Origin: an uncultured Lishizhenia sp.
Lineage (GTDB): Bacteria > Bacteroidota > Bacteroidia > Flavobacteriales_D > Crocinitomicaceae
Direction of reading: 5' to 3'
Assembly (NCBI GenBank): GCA_964590425.1
Contig: CAZPWB010000003.1
Span: 5,605-69,604 of the forward strand
Length of the DNA stretch: 64,000 nucleotides
The notes below the pieces were generated by a model that did not search any database, was not told the DNA's origin, and saw only the letters and a list, made by a program, of their open reading frames with translations. Positions within the stretch are counted from its first letter, which is position 1; each line of letters begins with the position of its first letter. Shown one piece after another: positions 63,223 through 64,000 of this stretch. The position numbers were made by a program, and so were the translations under genes.

Positions 63223-63970
63223 CTTTCCACATTTTTCTGAGTAAAGTATACTTTTGATGCGTAGCATAGGCGCTGCGTGTCGCGATATGCCAACCTGCCA
63301 AACCATCTAAAAACCCAAGTTTAATCCAGTAACTTTTGACAAATTGAGCAGCTACTTTAATACCTAATTTCAAGAGGCTACAATGCTTCTTTTGAACAAA
63401 TAATTCTTGTGCAGCAATTTTTGAAAAGTAAGCAATCTGCTTGAAATGATCTTCTTTGGTGTAGTATGAATAATGCAGCAAATCTCCGGTGAGCTTTTGC
63501 ACTTTGAGGTCTTGAAGCGGTAATAGTTGGTCATGAGGGTTGAGCCCTCCCCACTTAGCCAGTTTTTTATAAACCAAACGCACTTTTGTGTCGGGGTACC
63601 ACCCGCTATGACGGATCCATTGACCGCAATAGTTTGTGAGCCGATTCATGGCATAAATACCGGGCTCAGGGTTTTGAGCTTTAAGCGCTTGAATGCTTTT
63701 CTTGAGTTCATCGGTAAGCGCTTCATCGGCATCTAGAGAAAGCACCCAATCGTGAGTGGCGCGATTGAGCGCCTCATTTTTTTGCTGAATGTGGCCTTCA
63801 AACGCATTTTGTTCAAAGCGCACACCAAATTCTTGGCAAATGGCTTGGGTTTCATCGGTGGAATAAGAATCGAGTACAAAAATCTCATCGCAAACTTCTT
63901 GCAAAGAAAGCAAGCAGCGCCTGATATTTCGGGCTTCGTTGTAAGTGATAATGACGCCTGATAGTTTCAT
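63209..63970 (-). CDS. glycosyltransferase family 2 (LPS-core type)
   Basis: 253 aa. VIITYNEARNI and LSLDADE (DxD) motifs. Confidence 0.82.
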   Translation of the reverse strand: MKLSGVIITYNEARNIRRCLLSLQEVCDEIFVLDSYSTDETQAICQEFGVRFEQNAFEGHIQQKNEALNRATHDWVLSLDADEALTDELKKSIQALKAQNPEPGIYAMNRLTNYCGQWIRHSGWYPDTKVRLVYKKLAKWGGLNPHDQLLPLQDLKVQKLTGDLLHYSYYTKEDHFKQIAYFSKIAAQELFVQKKHCSLLKLGIKVAAQFVKSYWIKLGFLDGLAGWHIATRSAYATHQKYTLLRKMWKDAAA

Positions 63971-64000
63971 GGGAAACTATTTAATCCGGATTCTTTGACC

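Noticed and set aside
1-64000. Window-wide look for mobile elements, integrases, tRNA/rRNA genes, CRISPR, toxin-antitoxin pairs, restriction-modification or other defence islands.
   Set aside because: No transposase, integrase, recombinase or phage motifs appear in any ORF. No intergenic gap is long enough for an rRNA, and none showed a tRNA cloverleaf by eye. Gene content is housekeeping plus T9SS and envelope functions.

Overview
This is a dense (about 95% coding) chromosomal segment that reads as core genome of a Bacteroidota organism, probably Flavobacteriia-like. Supporting signs are four predicted T9SS cargo proteins (three type B and one type A C-terminal sorting domain), a PorP/SprF-family gene, a PorW/SprE-like TPR lipoprotein, and recurrent TAnnTTTG -7 promoter boxes. 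I call 61 CDS, mostly housekeeping: pheS, tatC, lptB, lpdA, hutI, rsmA, nadD, gmk, yicC, mfd, exbBD, fbp, ferritin, a MurF-like/Alr fusion, tdk, yebC, engB, leuS and LPS-type glycosyltransferases. I saw no rRNA, tRNA, CRISPR array, transposase, integrase, phage or recognisable defence genes. The largest non-coding gap is 258 nt, so I cannot support a large novel mobile or defence system here. The most checkable leads are: (1) an orphan CarH/LitR-type B12 photoreceptor-regulator with textbook motif spacing; (2) a ferritin gene translationally coupled to a membrane-anchored adenylyl cyclase-HD fusion; (3) a PorW/SprE-bactofilin-AtpZ-AtpI-like operon with no ATP synthase structural genes; (4) a CotH/LTD/TSP3 type B cargo with an adjacent PorP/SprF gene; (5) a three-gene cluster of unknown outer-membrane-type proteins with an embedded HTH regulator. 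All functional calls come from motif recognition by eye on the supplied translations. No database search was run, and several start codons were re-assigned by hand.
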